Shown here: positions 1 through 8,379 of the stretch, piece after piece | How the letters are laid out: every line of letters begins with the position of its first letter | Numbering within the stretch: position 1 is the stretch's first letter | IMG/VR virus record: IMGVR_UViG_3300037195_000398 | Coordinates: 1 to 28,068 of that record | Strand: one strand, 5' to 3' | Length of the DNA: 28,068 nt | Source of the DNA: a virus | Lineage: Duplodnaviria > Caudoviricetes | The notes under the pieces: model-generated | What the model was told of the DNA's origin: nothing | Seen by the model: only the letters and a program-made list of their open reading frames with translations | The model's database searches: none | Program-made: the position numbers and the translations under genes

Positions 1-33
1 GGAACCGTCCGAAATGTAAACTGCGTATGCCAT
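1..33 (-). CDS. 5' end of a leftward gene (MAYAVYISDGS...), truncated by the window edge
   Basis: Minus-strand ATG at 33 with GGAGG Shine-Dalgarno (cctcc at 43-47) and an upstream sigma70-like promoter; frame open to base 1. Confidence 0.65.
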   Translation of the reverse strand, partial: MAYAVYISDGS

Positions 34-68
34 AGTTTTTTGCCTCCGTTTTGGGTTAACGATGACGT

Positions 69-98
69 ATAGTACGATAGGCCGCCGGTCTGGGTCAA
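69..98 (-). promoter_or_regulatory. Leftward sigma70-type promoter
   Basis: Minus strand TTGACC (98-93), 18 nt, TACTAT (74-69), upstream of the RBS/ATG at 33. Confidence 0.6.
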
Positions 99-200
99 GG
101 AAAAAACATAATCGCCGTTTGGTACTGGTGACGCGTACCATCATGGGCAGGATGCCCAACATGGTGCCCCAATTCTTTTCATGGATATGGAAAAAAATTG

Positions 201-229
201 TTTACAATAACATAAAATTATGCCATAAT
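201..229 (+). promoter_or_regulatory. Rightward sigma70-type early promoter
   Basis: TTTACA (201-206), 17 nt, CATAAT (224-229), with extended -10 TG and an A-tract upstream. Confidence 0.6.
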
Positions 230-354
230 AAAAATATGGCAAACATATAGTTTGCCGCCCGGTATACGGAATTGATTGCGCCCGAAAGGGCTTGCACAAT
301 CATAACGTTCGGCGAAATACCGGGTTTCCCTTTTCCATTGTGGAGGTAAAGACC

Positions 355-738
355 ATGAGTAAAATGCTCACAGTCAAGACGGAACTTGCAGGCAAGGAGC
401 CTGTAGTCACAAACTGGATGGTTCCAGAAACCATCAAGGAAGCCATGGAGTTTTGGGGCGAGGATGTAGTGCTTGCCAATGCCATCAAAAATGCCATTGT
501 AAAGTATCGCCAGCATGTAAAAGACGGCATGAGGCGCGACCTGACAGGGAAGCAGATCGAGGCTGAGTTAGGCCAAGACTTCCTTCCTGTATACACAGGC
601 AAGTCTGGAAAGCCGAAGATAGAAAAAGTCAGCGAAGGTTACAGCGAACTATCTTCGGAGGAACAGGCGGTGCTTCTACAGCGCATGGCAGCGGAGCATG
701 GACTAGACCTCGTGCAGCCAAAGAAGAAGGCTGCCTAA
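355..738 (+). CDS. Hypothetical early phage protein (127 aa)
   Basis: ATG at 355 preceded by GGAGGT (342-347); ORF track 292..738 trimmed to this start; hairpin follows. Confidence 0.8.
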   Translation: MSKMLTVKTELAGKEPVVTNWMVPETIKEAMEFWGEDVVLANAIKNAIVKYRQHVKDGMRRDLTGKQIEAELGQDFLPVYTGKSGKPKIEKVSEGYSELSSEEQAVLLQRMAAEHGLDLVQPKKKAA

Positions 739-744
739 CTCATC

Positions 745-786
745 ATGGGAGGATCACGCAAGGCGCGTGGTTCTCCCATACTTTTG
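745..786 (+). terminator. 15-bp hairpin (terminator or RNase III site)
   Basis: atgggaggatcacgc (745-759) pairs with gcgtggttctcccat (765-779), 2 G-U pairs, followed by acttttg. Confidence 0.6.
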
Positions 787-799
787 AGGAGAAAAACAA

Positions 800-958
800 A
801 TGCTGGAACTTACGGAAGACCGCTACACAGAAGACTTCCCGTCAATTATGACACTAAAGCAAAAAGCTATTGATGATTATCGTGCTGTTTATGGCATAGA
901 CGACAATGGTGATCTGCGATGGGAACTCACAATATGGCTAACGGCATTTACTGAATAG
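800..958 (+). CDS. Small acidic hypothetical protein, 52 aa (MLELTEDRYTEDFPS...WLTAFTE), not in ORF track
   Basis: GAGGAG at 786-791, ATG 800, TAG 956-958, followed by a terminator hairpin. Confidence 0.7.
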   Translation: MLELTEDRYTEDFPSIMTLKQKAIDDYRAVYGIDDNGDLRWELTIWLTAFTE

Positions 959-977
959 GAGTTAAAACTCAGGAGAC

Positions 978-1006
978 GGCCCCCTTCGGGGGGCCTCTTC
1001 TCTCTT
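978..1006 (+). terminator. Rho-independent terminator with cUUCGg tetraloop
   Basis: ggccccc-ttcg-gggggcc (978-995) followed by a pyrimidine tract. Confidence 0.7.
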
Positions 1007-1177
1007 AAGGAAACTCCCCCCTTTTTTCATTTTTTATATGCTATAACCATACATCGGGAGGTCATAGCACGGCGCATGACATACTGAATATGGTATAGGT
1101 TAGGGCATTACACACACTATACGCCACACTATAACCACATTTATGCCGCATTTACACCACAATAACACGTTGTAACC

Positions 1178-1258
1178 ATAAAATCAGTAGGTTAGAGCAT
1201 AAAACTATACATTATATTTGCACACATTATACCAATAAAATCAGTAGGTTAGAGCATA
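1178..1258 (+). repeat. 24-bp perfect direct repeat ataaaatcagtaggttagagcata (1178-1201, 1235-1258)
   Basis: Read directly; each copy contains AATCAG-TAGG-TTA, matching the IHF consensus WATCARNNNNTTR. Confidence 0.9.
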
Positions 1259-1358
1259 CTATACAGTTTAACAGCATGTTTTAGAGCATCTTAGAAATCC
1301 ATACTATTTATTTGTAAACCAGTAAGACTATGAAACCAAAGGATTATTAAGTAAGTTA

Positions 1359-1510
1359 ACATATAATTAGTAATAATAGTAAGAATAGTTAATAAATATA
1401 TATATAGTCACCACCTTTTTTTGTTTTTTATAGATTGTATAGTTAGGCGTATATACCCTCCGTAGCCTCTGTATACTTATTTCAACCGACTATTATTACT
1501 AATTATATGT
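1359..1510. repeat. 22-bp perfect inverted repeat (1359-1380 / 1489-1510)
   Basis: acatataattagtaataatagt vs actattattactaattatatgt, 108-bp spacer. Confidence 0.9.
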
Positions 1511-1642
1511 AAAGCAGCGAATAATCTAGCTACATCAACTACTTGCGCGCGATATTTATTAGCCGGTCATTATCTATTTTTTGCTAATTAAGGGTATAGT
1601 TAATTAGTGTGTGTAAATGCGTTGATAACTTATGTGCGAAAC

Positions 1643-1672
1643 TTGACAGCGCGGGGGGAAATGTGCCATGAT
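1643..1672 (+). promoter_or_regulatory. Sigma70-type promoter for the long rightward operon
   Basis: TTGACA (1643-1648), 18 nt, CATGAT (1667-1672) with TG extension, upstream of ORF 1730. Confidence 0.65.
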
Positions 1673-1729
1673 GCGGGGTCCGGGGAAACCCTTTGTAAAC
1701 TAACCATTGGTAATTAAGGGAGTAATATC

Positions 1730-2104
1730 ATGGCTATCGCAGAGTATCGGTATCGCATCCTGCTTGCTAACTATAATCTGAAGAAGCAGCGGTGGGGCTT
1801 ACGTCCTCAATCACGTTTATTAAAGCAATCCGATGTATACTATGACCGAGAAGTTTGTTCGAAGGATTGCACCAAGGCGTTGCATAATGCGAAGCAGCAG
1901 TGGGATATGGATATGAGGCCGCAAGGTATCATAACTGAGTATCCCTTAGCTGAGACATTCGGTGTCTCAGAAAAGATTGTCCAAACCATCTTCGATAGGG
2001 TGGGCGGTGATATGGATGCCACTATATCTATGTTAGAGAAGTTACCCTCATTGGCCATCCGGTTAAAGTGCATGCAACGTAGTCATAATACGGAGGATAT
2101 ATAA
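1730..2104 (+). CDS. Hypothetical protein; C-terminal helical segment resembles CUE/UBA domains
   Basis: AAGGGAG RBS; first gene after the promoter; segment FGVSEKIVQTIFDRVGGDMDATISML. Confidence 0.75.
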   Translation: MAIAEYRYRILLANYNLKKQRWGLRPQSRLLKQSDVYYDREVCSKDCTKALHNAKQQWDMDMRPQGIITEYPLAETFGVSEKIVQTIFDRVGGDMDATISMLEKLPSLAIRLKCMQRSHNTEDI

Positions 2105-2105
2105 G

Positions 2106-2420
2106 ATGTTGTATACTATTAAGTTAGTGCCGGAGGATGGTGCCACGTTAGTTAATCGAACTAACGATGAGTGGGAACTTGGCTACCCATTCCGAGTAAT
2201 AGAAAGTTCCTCTCCATTATATCGAAGTGGGTGCTTAGTGTCTATTCAAGACATTAACGACCAGAAAACTTACTACGATAGTGACTTTGACATTACCTTC
2301 GAGACATACACTGTAGTCGAGAAACTCAAGGCTGAGGCTGAGGATGACTACGTTGCCCAAACTATCATCGACACAATGGTTGATGATGATGGTGAACTCA
2401 TACTTAGAAGGGGGATGTGA
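2106..2420 (+). CDS. Hypothetical acidic protein
   Basis: GGAGG RBS, packed between neighbouring genes. Confidence 0.75.
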   Translation: MLYTIKLVPEDGATLVNRTNDEWELGYPFRVIESSSPLYRSGCLVSIQDINDQKTYYDSDFDITFETYTVVEKLKAEAEDDYVAQTIIDTMVDDDGELILRRGM

Positions 2421-2671
2421 TGACTGTAAACCAAGAAGTGATGGTTGAGCAGGAGAAAATTAACAAGCTGGCTATATACCTACTCAACACTAGCTTAGAT
2501 ATGTATAGCCGTTGTGTGTTGATTGCCACACAACGTATTAAAAGTGGTGTGTCTGATGACCACCCTGCGTTCGGTCCTGAGTGGGCTGAATACGATAGGC
2601 TGCGGGCTGAGTTACCTGCTGGAGGAGGATATAGTCGTAACCTACCAAATTCTAAAGTGAAGGAGATATAA
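2417..2671 (+). CDS. Hypothetical protein
   Basis: Start overlaps the upstream stop (gtgatga); AGGGGG RBS. Confidence 0.7.
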   Translation: MMTVNQEVMVEQEKINKLAIYLLNTSLDMYSRCVLIATQRIKSGVSDDHPAFGPEWAEYDRLRAELPAGGGYSRNLPNSKVKEI

Positions 2672-2672
2672 G

Positions 2673-3656
2673 ATGAGAGCGGAACTTGTTGCACAAACAC
2701 TGAATGACTTGTGGGAAATTAAACGTCCGGTGTATATCACTGGGGCACCCGGCGGTGGTAAGACATCCATTACTAAGCAGTTCGCTGAGAAGGTGGGTGC
2801 TGACTATATCCACAAGCACATGCCGACTATGTTAGTGGAGGATTTTGGTATTCCCTTCCCCTCTGCTGACAATGCCAGCTTCGACTATCGCTTACCCAAG
2901 TGGTTCCCTGCTGACCCTGACACTAAAGCGGTGTTGTGCTTCGATGACAGAGGCCAGTGTTCACAGGACTTACAGAAGGTAGTCGCTAACATTGAGCAGG
3001 AACGGGAGTTACATGGTTGTAGCTTACCGTCCGGTGTTATGGTGGTTTCTACTGGTAATAGAGTAGGCGATAAAGCCGGAGCCAATCGTGTTCTGACACA
3101 TCTTGCAGACCGTGAGACAGAGATTGAGTTGGATACTAACTTGGATGATTGGTGTAAGTGGGCCATTGATGAGGGTGTAACAGCGGAGGTTGTTTCCTTT
3201 ATTCGTTTCCGGGCTAACTTACTCCATGATTTTGACCCTCAGCGTCCTAAGAACCCTACGCCACGGTCATGGGTGGAGGGTGTGAGTGCTATCCTTGGCA
3301 CTGTAAGACCGGAGGCTGAGTATGAGTGCTTCAAAGGTGCTGTGGGTGAGGGTGCAGCAGCAGAGTTCGTGGGCTATATGAAGGTATACCGTAACCTACC
3401 TAACCCTGATGCTATCCTGCTACACCCTGATAAACATGATGTGCCTACTGACCCTGCTACACTCTATGCTTTGAGTGGGTCGCTGGCAGAGAGGGCCAAT
3501 GAGGGTAACTTCTCTAAGATTATCACTTACTTTAACCGGATGCCCCCTGAGTTTGGTGTTCTTGGGGTTAGCTATGCCACTCGTAAGAACGAGGAACTTG
3601 CTTCTACCCAAGCCTTCACTAATTGGGCCGTGGAAAATCAGGAGGTGTTGTTCTAA
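2673..3656 (+). CDS. MoxR-like AAA+ ATPase
   Basis: Walker A GAPGGGKT, Walker B VLCFDD, sensor I STGN, LADR arginine finger, TPRSW sensor II; vWA partner downstream. Confidence 0.88.
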   Translation: MRAELVAQTLNDLWEIKRPVYITGAPGGGKTSITKQFAEKVGADYIHKHMPTMLVEDFGIPFPSADNASFDYRLPKWFPADPDTKAVLCFDDRGQCSQDLQKVVANIEQERELHGCSLPSGVMVVSTGNRVGDKAGANRVLTHLADRETEIELDTNLDDWCKWAIDEGVTAEVVSFIRFRANLLHDFDPQRPKNPTPRSWVEGVSAILGTVRPEAEYECFKGAVGEGAAAEFVGYMKVYRNLPNPDAILLHPDKHDVPTDPATLYALSGSLAERANEGNFSKIITYFNRMPPEFGVLGVSYATRKNEELASTQAFTNWAVENQEVLF

Positions 3657-3889
3657 TGGATATATTTTATGTCGTGCTTTTCTTCTGCTTTGCTGACGAG
3701 GTATGCCAGCAGGGTAGCTTCCATGAGTATCATGTTCTGTTTTCAGACAAGGGGTCATGTCGGACTGCTATGGCGGAAGCGAAGCAGCGTGTAGATGTGC
3801 ATGGTCTTATCGTTCAAGAGGCTCTGTGTATACCGGAAAACGAATATATGGATTGGGTCCAGAAACGACTAATTGAGGAGGAAGAATAA
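3656..3889 (+). CDS. Small hypothetical protein with hydrophobic N-terminus and four Cys
   Basis: TAATG stop/start overlap with the ATPase; ORF track 3623..3889 trimmed to ATG 3656. Confidence 0.7.
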   Translation: MDIFYVVLFFCFADEVCQQGSFHEYHVLFSDKGSCRTAMAEAKQRVDVHGLIVQEALCIPENEYMDWVQKRLIEEEE

Positions 3890-4041
3890 TGACTATTCGT
3901 AAAGTGAAGGGAGGCTACCGGCTGGTGTCGGGGCAGGGGAAGAACCTCGGAACATATAAAACACTTGCTGCCGCGAGGAAGCGAGAGAAGCAGGTCCAGT
4001 TCTTCAAACATAAGGTAAAAAAGAGGAGTAATAATGAGTAA
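3889..4041 (+). CDS. Small basic protein, 50 aa (MTIRKVKGGYRLVSGQGKNLGTYKTLAAARKREKQVQFFKHK...), not in ORF track
   Basis: TAATG overlap, GAGGAGG RBS, TAA 4039-4041; resembles a widespread small uncharacterised family with an NLGT...A..RE..VQ.FK pattern. Confidence 0.8.
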   Translation: MTIRKVKGGYRLVSGQGKNLGTYKTLAAARKREKQVQFFKHKVKKRSNNE

Positions 4042-4258
4042 GAAACCTAAGCTATTTGACTGGAAGTTCTATGAATTATTTGGTGTGAAAATTATCCACG
4101 GGCGTCTTGAGACAGGTGAACGTGTAAGAGCCGCAGTAGTGTGGCGTGGTCATGACTGTGTTGGAACCGATAAAGGTGAGTTCCGGCTTAATGGTGACGC
4201 TATAGAACCGTTGCCGTCCAACAGTCTTTGTAAAAACCCTAACAAAAGGATTTCGTAA
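4034..4258 (+). CDS. Hypothetical protein
   Basis: GAGGAG RBS; stop overlaps the next start. Confidence 0.7.
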   Translation: MSKKPKLFDWKFYELFGVKIIHGRLETGERVRAAVVWRGHDCVGTDKGEFRLNGDAIEPLPSNSLCKNPNKRIS

Positions 4259-4327
4259 TGCACTTATCTGACAAGACGGTGCCAATCAAGACGGTGCCAA
4301 TAATGCACTTATCTGACAAGGCGGTGC
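4256..4327 (+). repeat. Compound duplication of the gene start: 27-bp repeat (4256-4282 / 4301-4327, 1 mismatch) and 15-bp tandem repeat (4272-4301)
   Basis: taatgcacttatctgacaag(a/g)cggtgc twice; caagacggtgccaat twice; protein reads MHLSDKTVPIKTVPIMHLSDKAV. Confidence 0.92.
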
Positions 4328-5166
4328 TAGTCCATCTAGGCGTGAGCCAGTGGATAGCTAAGAAGCTGGACCGCGCAGCTAGTGATGTCGTAGCTACACA
4401 ATTTGGTGCGACTGCGAAGGCAGGGAACTATAATAAGTCCTTGCTGCCTACCTGTAATGAACTGGAAGCGGTTAAAACCAAGACCAGTATTATTCGTAAG
4501 AAGTTCTACAGCAACACCCTGCCGTGGGGTATCGAGGGCACGTTCATCTTGCCTTCAGCCAATTATCTAGCCTTTATGAATGAGTATCGGGCAGAGAAGG
4601 GCCAGTGGGTAGGGTTGGTGAACGAGTTTTACGATGCCTACCCCCAAGCCTGTATGGATGCGCAGCGTATGCTTGGTGGGCTACACAAGCCTAGTGAATA
4701 TCCCATTCTTACTGACCTTAAAAAGAAATTCCACATGGACATGGCTATTATGCCTGTGCCTATGGCTGGAGACTTTCGTATTGAACTTGCTGAAGGTGAG
4801 ATAGCGAAGATAACGTCCGATGTTGAGCAACGTGTTATAGAGAGCAGCAAGGCAGCGATGGATGATGTGTGGCAGAGACTTTACGATAGGATAGCGTGGT
4901 TGGCTGAGAAACTTAGTGACCCCAATAAGACTTTTCATGATGCCACTTATGAGGATGCGCAGGAGACATGCAAGTTGCTCGTTCGTCTTAATTTTACTAA
5001 TGACCCTGACCTTGAGGCTATGCGTAAAGAAGTGCAGAACAAGTTGTTCAACACACACCCTGAAGTTCTGCGTAATGACCCTGATGTGCGCCGTGACACG
5101 GCAACAGAAGCCCAGGTTATTATGGATAAAATGGGTGCTTTCATGGGAGGAACAGACAATGAATAG
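4258..5166 (+). CDS. DUF3150-like helical phage protein, commonly found with AAA/vWA genes
   Basis: TLPW...G..LP, YP....L...F, LNFTNDPDL and LRNDPDVR patterns; lies between AAA and vWA genes; start at 4258 or 4303. Confidence 0.65.
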   Translation: MHLSDKTVPIKTVPIMHLSDKAVLVHLGVSQWIAKKLDRAASDVVATQFGATAKAGNYNKSLLPTCNELEAVKTKTSIIRKKFYSNTLPWGIEGTFILPSANYLAFMNEYRAEKGQWVGLVNEFYDAYPQACMDAQRMLGGLHKPSEYPILTDLKKKFHMDMAIMPVPMAGDFRIELAEGEIAKITSDVEQRVIESSKAAMDDVWQRLYDRIAWLAEKLSDPNKTFHDATYEDAQETCKLLVRLNFTNDPDLEAMRKEVQNKLFNTHPEVLRNDPDVRRDTATEAQVIMDKMGAFMGGTDNE

Positions 5167-5251
5167 TCAAGACAAATTGTTTCTAATTGGCATTACTATA
5201 GGTGTCATTCTCTCGTTCTTATTCTTAACTGGAGGAGTTTGCGTGATATGA
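5159..5251 (+). CDS. 30-aa single-transmembrane peptide (MNSQDKLFLIGITIGVILSFLFLTGGVCVI)
   Basis: GGGAGG RBS, ATG 5159, hydrophobic stretch, ATGA overlap with the next gene. Confidence 0.6.
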   Translation: MNSQDKLFLIGITIGVILSFLFLTGGVCVI

Positions 5252-5463
5252 CCGAGGACGAATTAACCGCCGTGAAGGACATGCACCCCACGGCATTGAG
5301 TATTTGGTATGACAGGATGTTTGACATGCCTATTGTGCAACTTATTGAGAAACTCCTGTCTTATATGTCAGCAGGAGACTTGATGGACTGTATATATGAC
5401 ATTGAAACAGACCAAAAAAAGGAGGTCGAGTATGACAACGGACCCATTAGCCCGACTGAGTAA
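5248..5463 (+). CDS. Hypothetical acidic protein
   Basis: ATG 5248 after GGAGGAG; ORF track 5239..5463. Confidence 0.65.
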   Translation: MTEDELTAVKDMHPTALSIWYDRMFDMPIVQLIEKLLSYMSAGDLMDCIYDIETDQKKEVEYDNGPISPTE

Positions 5464-6553
5464 GGCCAAGACTGCTCTTATCCTAGAACATCCATTCATC
5501 GGCACCATCGCCATGAATATGCCGTTCAAGATGGATGACACGCTTGACCCACCGACAGCCGCTACCAATGGTAAGCGTATTTTATTTCACCCTGCCTTTC
5601 TTGAGGACTTAACCGACGAGGAAGTTAAATTTGTAGTGGCGCATGAGTGTATGCACCCCATGCTAGAGCATAACTATCGCCGGTTTGAGCGTGACCATGA
5701 GAAGTGGAACAGGGCTGGTGACTACGTTATCAATCAGATACTTGTTGATGACCAAATCGGTAAGATGGCACCGAATGGGTTGATTAGCCAAGAAGTTTAC
5801 GATGCTGGTGGTGGCACTAGTGATGGTGTTTACAAGATATTACCGGACGACAATGGAGATGATGGGTTGGGTGGTGAAGGTGGTGCTGGTTGGCAGGATT
5901 GTGAGGATGGTGAAGGCACACAATCTGAAAAGGACCAGCAAGCTGCTGAGTGGAAAGTTAAGGTAGCCCAAGCCGCGCAAGCTGCAAAAATGATGGGTAA
6001 GATGTCAGCAGGTATGGAACGACTTGTTGATGAAGTGCTTAACCCTAAGGTTGATTGGCGTGACGTTCTGCAACGGTTTGTGGAGAAGTTTCGTAATGAC
6101 AGCCGCTCTTTCGTAAGACCTAACCGGCGGTTTATCACACAGGGTCTAGTTCTCCCTTCACCTGATGGTGAAACGATAGGTGAATTAGTATTTGCCGTTG
6201 ATTGCTCAGGGTCTATCGGTGATGAGGAGTTAGCACAGTTCGCAGCCGAGGTTTGCACGGTCCACGACGACCATAGACCCCGTAAACTGCATGTTATCTA
6301 CTTCGACAGTGAAGTGTGTCACTACGAGAAATTTACTAAGGACGATGAGGTTCATATTGAAGCTCATGGTGGTGGCGGCACAGCCTTTAGTCCTGTGTTT
6401 AAGTATATGGAGGAACATGACATTGAGCCAGTGGCTACGGTGTTCCTCACTGATTTGTGCTGTAACGACTTCGGTGATGAGCCGGAGCATCCCGTCTTGT
6501 GGGTGTCTAATTACGGTAAAGAAGCACCGTGGGGTGAAGTGGTGATGATGTAA
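5432..6553 (+). CDS. DUF2201-type metallopeptidase-vWA fusion protein
   Basis: TAATNG and HECMH (HExxH) with WN.AGD.VIN; acidic Gly-rich linker; vWA MIDAS DCSGS...GGGT...TD; AGGAGG RBS before ATG 5432. Confidence 0.88.
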   Translation: MTTDPLARLSKAKTALILEHPFIGTIAMNMPFKMDDTLDPPTAATNGKRILFHPAFLEDLTDEEVKFVVAHECMHPMLEHNYRRFERDHEKWNRAGDYVINQILVDDQIGKMAPNGLISQEVYDAGGGTSDGVYKILPDDNGDDGLGGEGGAGWQDCEDGEGTQSEKDQQAAEWKVKVAQAAQAAKMMGKMSAGMERLVDEVLNPKVDWRDVLQRFVEKFRNDSRSFVRPNRRFITQGLVLPSPDGETIGELVFAVDCSGSIGDEELAQFAAEVCTVHDDHRPRKLHVIYFDSEVCHYEKFTKDDEVHIEAHGGGGTAFSPVFKYMEEHDIEPVATVFLTDLCCNDFGDEPEHPVLWVSNYGKEAPWGEVVMM

Positions 6554-6566
6554 TGGAGGATAGATA

Positions 6567-6761
6567 ATGGAACCGATTTTATTTGCGGCATTTATATTAG
6601 TCGCTGCTATTGGGTTTATCATAGGACAACATGTTATCCTATGTAGAGCGAGGAGTGAACTCAATGAACTACTAAGGGCAGTTATTCAAGTTGCACTAGG
6701 TAAAGCAACAGCGAAGATTGTCAACGGTGAACTTCATATTCAATCAACAGGAGGAGGTTAA
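6567..6761 (+). CDS. Small membrane protein
   Basis: GGAGG RBS; N-terminal hydrophobic helix. Confidence 0.7.
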   Translation: MEPILFAAFILVAAIGFIIGQHVILCRARSELNELLRAVIQVALGKATAKIVNGELHIQSTGGG

Positions 6762-6765
6762 TACA

Positions 6766-7431
6766 ATGGCTACGGTAAGATTTAGTGGTGAACTGAAACA
6801 GGATATTCTTAGTAAAGCACGAAGGTTGTTTGACGAGAAAAAAGCTAAGGCGTCAGAGAACTATGGCGCAGACTGGGGGCAGATTATTTACGACGGGGTA
6901 TTTTTAGAAACTAAAACGCAGATGCTTGCGTTACCCGGATATTACTTTGAACGCAGTAACGCCCTTATTTTTGATGGGTTTAGGGGTGGGGCATGGGACC
7001 ATGAAAGTAATGTTCGTATTCGTGTGGGACTTACTGAGGAGTTGCCGTTTCCCGAAAAGTTACCTGAAGGAAGTCATGGGTTAGTTAAACTCATTCGGGG
7101 GAGTGATGGTATATTTGAATTGGATAGTGACGACCCCCGTTGGAAGGAACTCAAGGAGGAATACAAAGTGTATACTACTACTCTCGGCGAGATACGAAAG
7201 GAATGTGAGGAATTTGTAGAAGGTGTAGAAAAAGTAATCGAGACTTACGCTACCCTCGCTCCGGCGTTGAAAGCATGGCCCGCATTATGGGATTTGTTAC
7301 CTAACCATACTAAGGATAGGCACCGTGAAGTAGACAAGCGCACTACTAAAGCAAAGGCGGCAGAGGTTGCACAAGAAGTTGACCTAAATCGTCTTACGGC
7401 GCATGTCACCGCTGACAAACTTACACGATAG
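6766..7431 (+). CDS. Phage protein, Nmad5 (nucleotide-modification-associated domain 5)-like
   Basis: GGAGG RBS before ATG 6766; N-terminal VRFS..LK..I and C-terminal TLAPALKAWPAL..LLP resemble Nmad5 patterns. Confidence 0.55.
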   Translation: MATVRFSGELKQDILSKARRLFDEKKAKASENYGADWGQIIYDGVFLETKTQMLALPGYYFERSNALIFDGFRGGAWDHESNVRIRVGLTEELPFPEKLPEGSHGLVKLIRGSDGIFELDSDDPRWKELKEEYKVYTTTLGEIRKECEEFVEGVEKVIETYATLAPALKAWPALWDLLPNHTKDRHREVDKRTTKAKAAEVAQEVDLNRLTAHVTADKLTR

Positions 7432-7440
7432 GAGGATGGT

Positions 7441-8379
7441 ATGAGTTTTTCTACTCCTAACTTAGCGGGTCATAACACATGGGGTTATGACATAATTACT
7501 TATGGTTGGTGCAAGGCACACTATGCTAACGTCCGTAGTCCTGTCATGGGTAAGCCCATGCTCTCCTCCTCATATCGCCTATTCAGAGAAGGTAACGACT
7601 ACGTTATAAAGACAGGATGGAGGGGAACAATTTGGGAACCACTGTGCCGCATAACACCTAATAATACGCTGGTGTTCGAGGCACCGCTTGATAGGATGTT
7701 GCACAATAACTGTAGCCTATCTAACATGCTTGTTAAGATAACAGGTATTCACTTTACACGCTGGAAGAAGGGGATGTATCGCCTTGGTAGCGAGAAGGAA
7801 GCTGCGACTAAATCTACATCCACTTCCCCGTGGTGTCCTGAGAAGTGGGAGTGGCTGCATAGCAAAGCACCGCTTTACTTTAACGGTATAAAATTTAACC
7901 TTGATACAGGTAAGTGCCTCAACGGTAAACCTGACCCTACTAAGAAAGTAATCCCTGAGAAACGTAAGGAGTGGTTGCGTGACCTTAAGCGTTATAAGAG
8001 AGGGCTTAAAACGAGAGCCAAGGTTGGTGCGTTACAAACTTACATACAGGCACAGAATGAATGGTATGCATCTAGCCCTTCATGGACAGAGCGTAAAAAT
8101 CGTAGGCCTATATGGTCAGGGCAGAACTGGTGTGAAAAACTTGTTTGTTGTATGCGCGAAGAAACTTATCCTCCTGAGATACTTAAAGCGTTTACTGCGT
8201 CTGTTGAAATGGGTTGGCATGTAAATGTCTTAACTGACCAACATGTTCTGGAGATTGTGGATAAGATATTTACAAAGCACAGCGAGGAGTTTCGTAGGGA
8301 GTATGGCGTATTTGGTGAGACACCATCGGCCTTCTCGGAGGGTCATTCAACCCCACCCATAAAGGTCACCTGCATATGA
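7441..8379 (+). CDS. Hypothetical basic, Trp-rich protein (312 aa)
   Basis: AGGAGG RBS; long ORF in the operon; no motif recognised. Confidence 0.8.
   Translation: MSFSTPNLAGHNTWGYDIITYGWCKAHYANVRSPVMGKPMLSSSYRLFREGNDYVIKTGWRGTIWEPLCRITPNNTLVFEAPLDRMLHNNCSLSNMLVKITGIHFTRWKKGMYRLGSEKEAATKSTSTSPWCPEKWEWLHSKAPLYFNGIKFNLDTGKCLNGKPDPTKKVIPEKRKEWLRDLKRYKRGLKTRAKVGALQTYIQAQNEWYASSPSWTERKNRRPIWSGQNWCEKLVCCMREETYPPEILKAFTASVEMGWHVNVLTDQHVLEIVDKIFTKHSEEFRREYGVFGETPSAFSEGHSTPPIKVTCI

Larger units (their letters stand above)
1010..1640. other. AT-rich non-coding region, putative replication origin
   Basis: No ORF in the track; nested inverted repeats, direct repeats, IHF-consensus sites, central AT/T-tract. 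Confidence 0.55.

Noticed and set aside
236-300. c-di-GMP-I riboswitch (ggcaaac...gaaa)
   Set aside because: Element order and the downstream GACGCAAAG-type motif do not match; ggcaaac pairs locally instead.
62-602. ORFs 62..250 (+), 202..516 (-) and 300..602 (-)
   Set aside because: They overlap the divergent promoters or lie antisense to the well-supported 355-738 gene.
1178-1290. 24-bp repeat, 33-bp spacer, 24-bp repeat, plus nearby gttttagagc, resembling a mini CRISPR array
   Set aside because: Only two copies, not palindromic, the third partial copy is off-period, and no cas operon is present. An iteron/IHF reading fits better. A CRISPR repeat database search would settle it.
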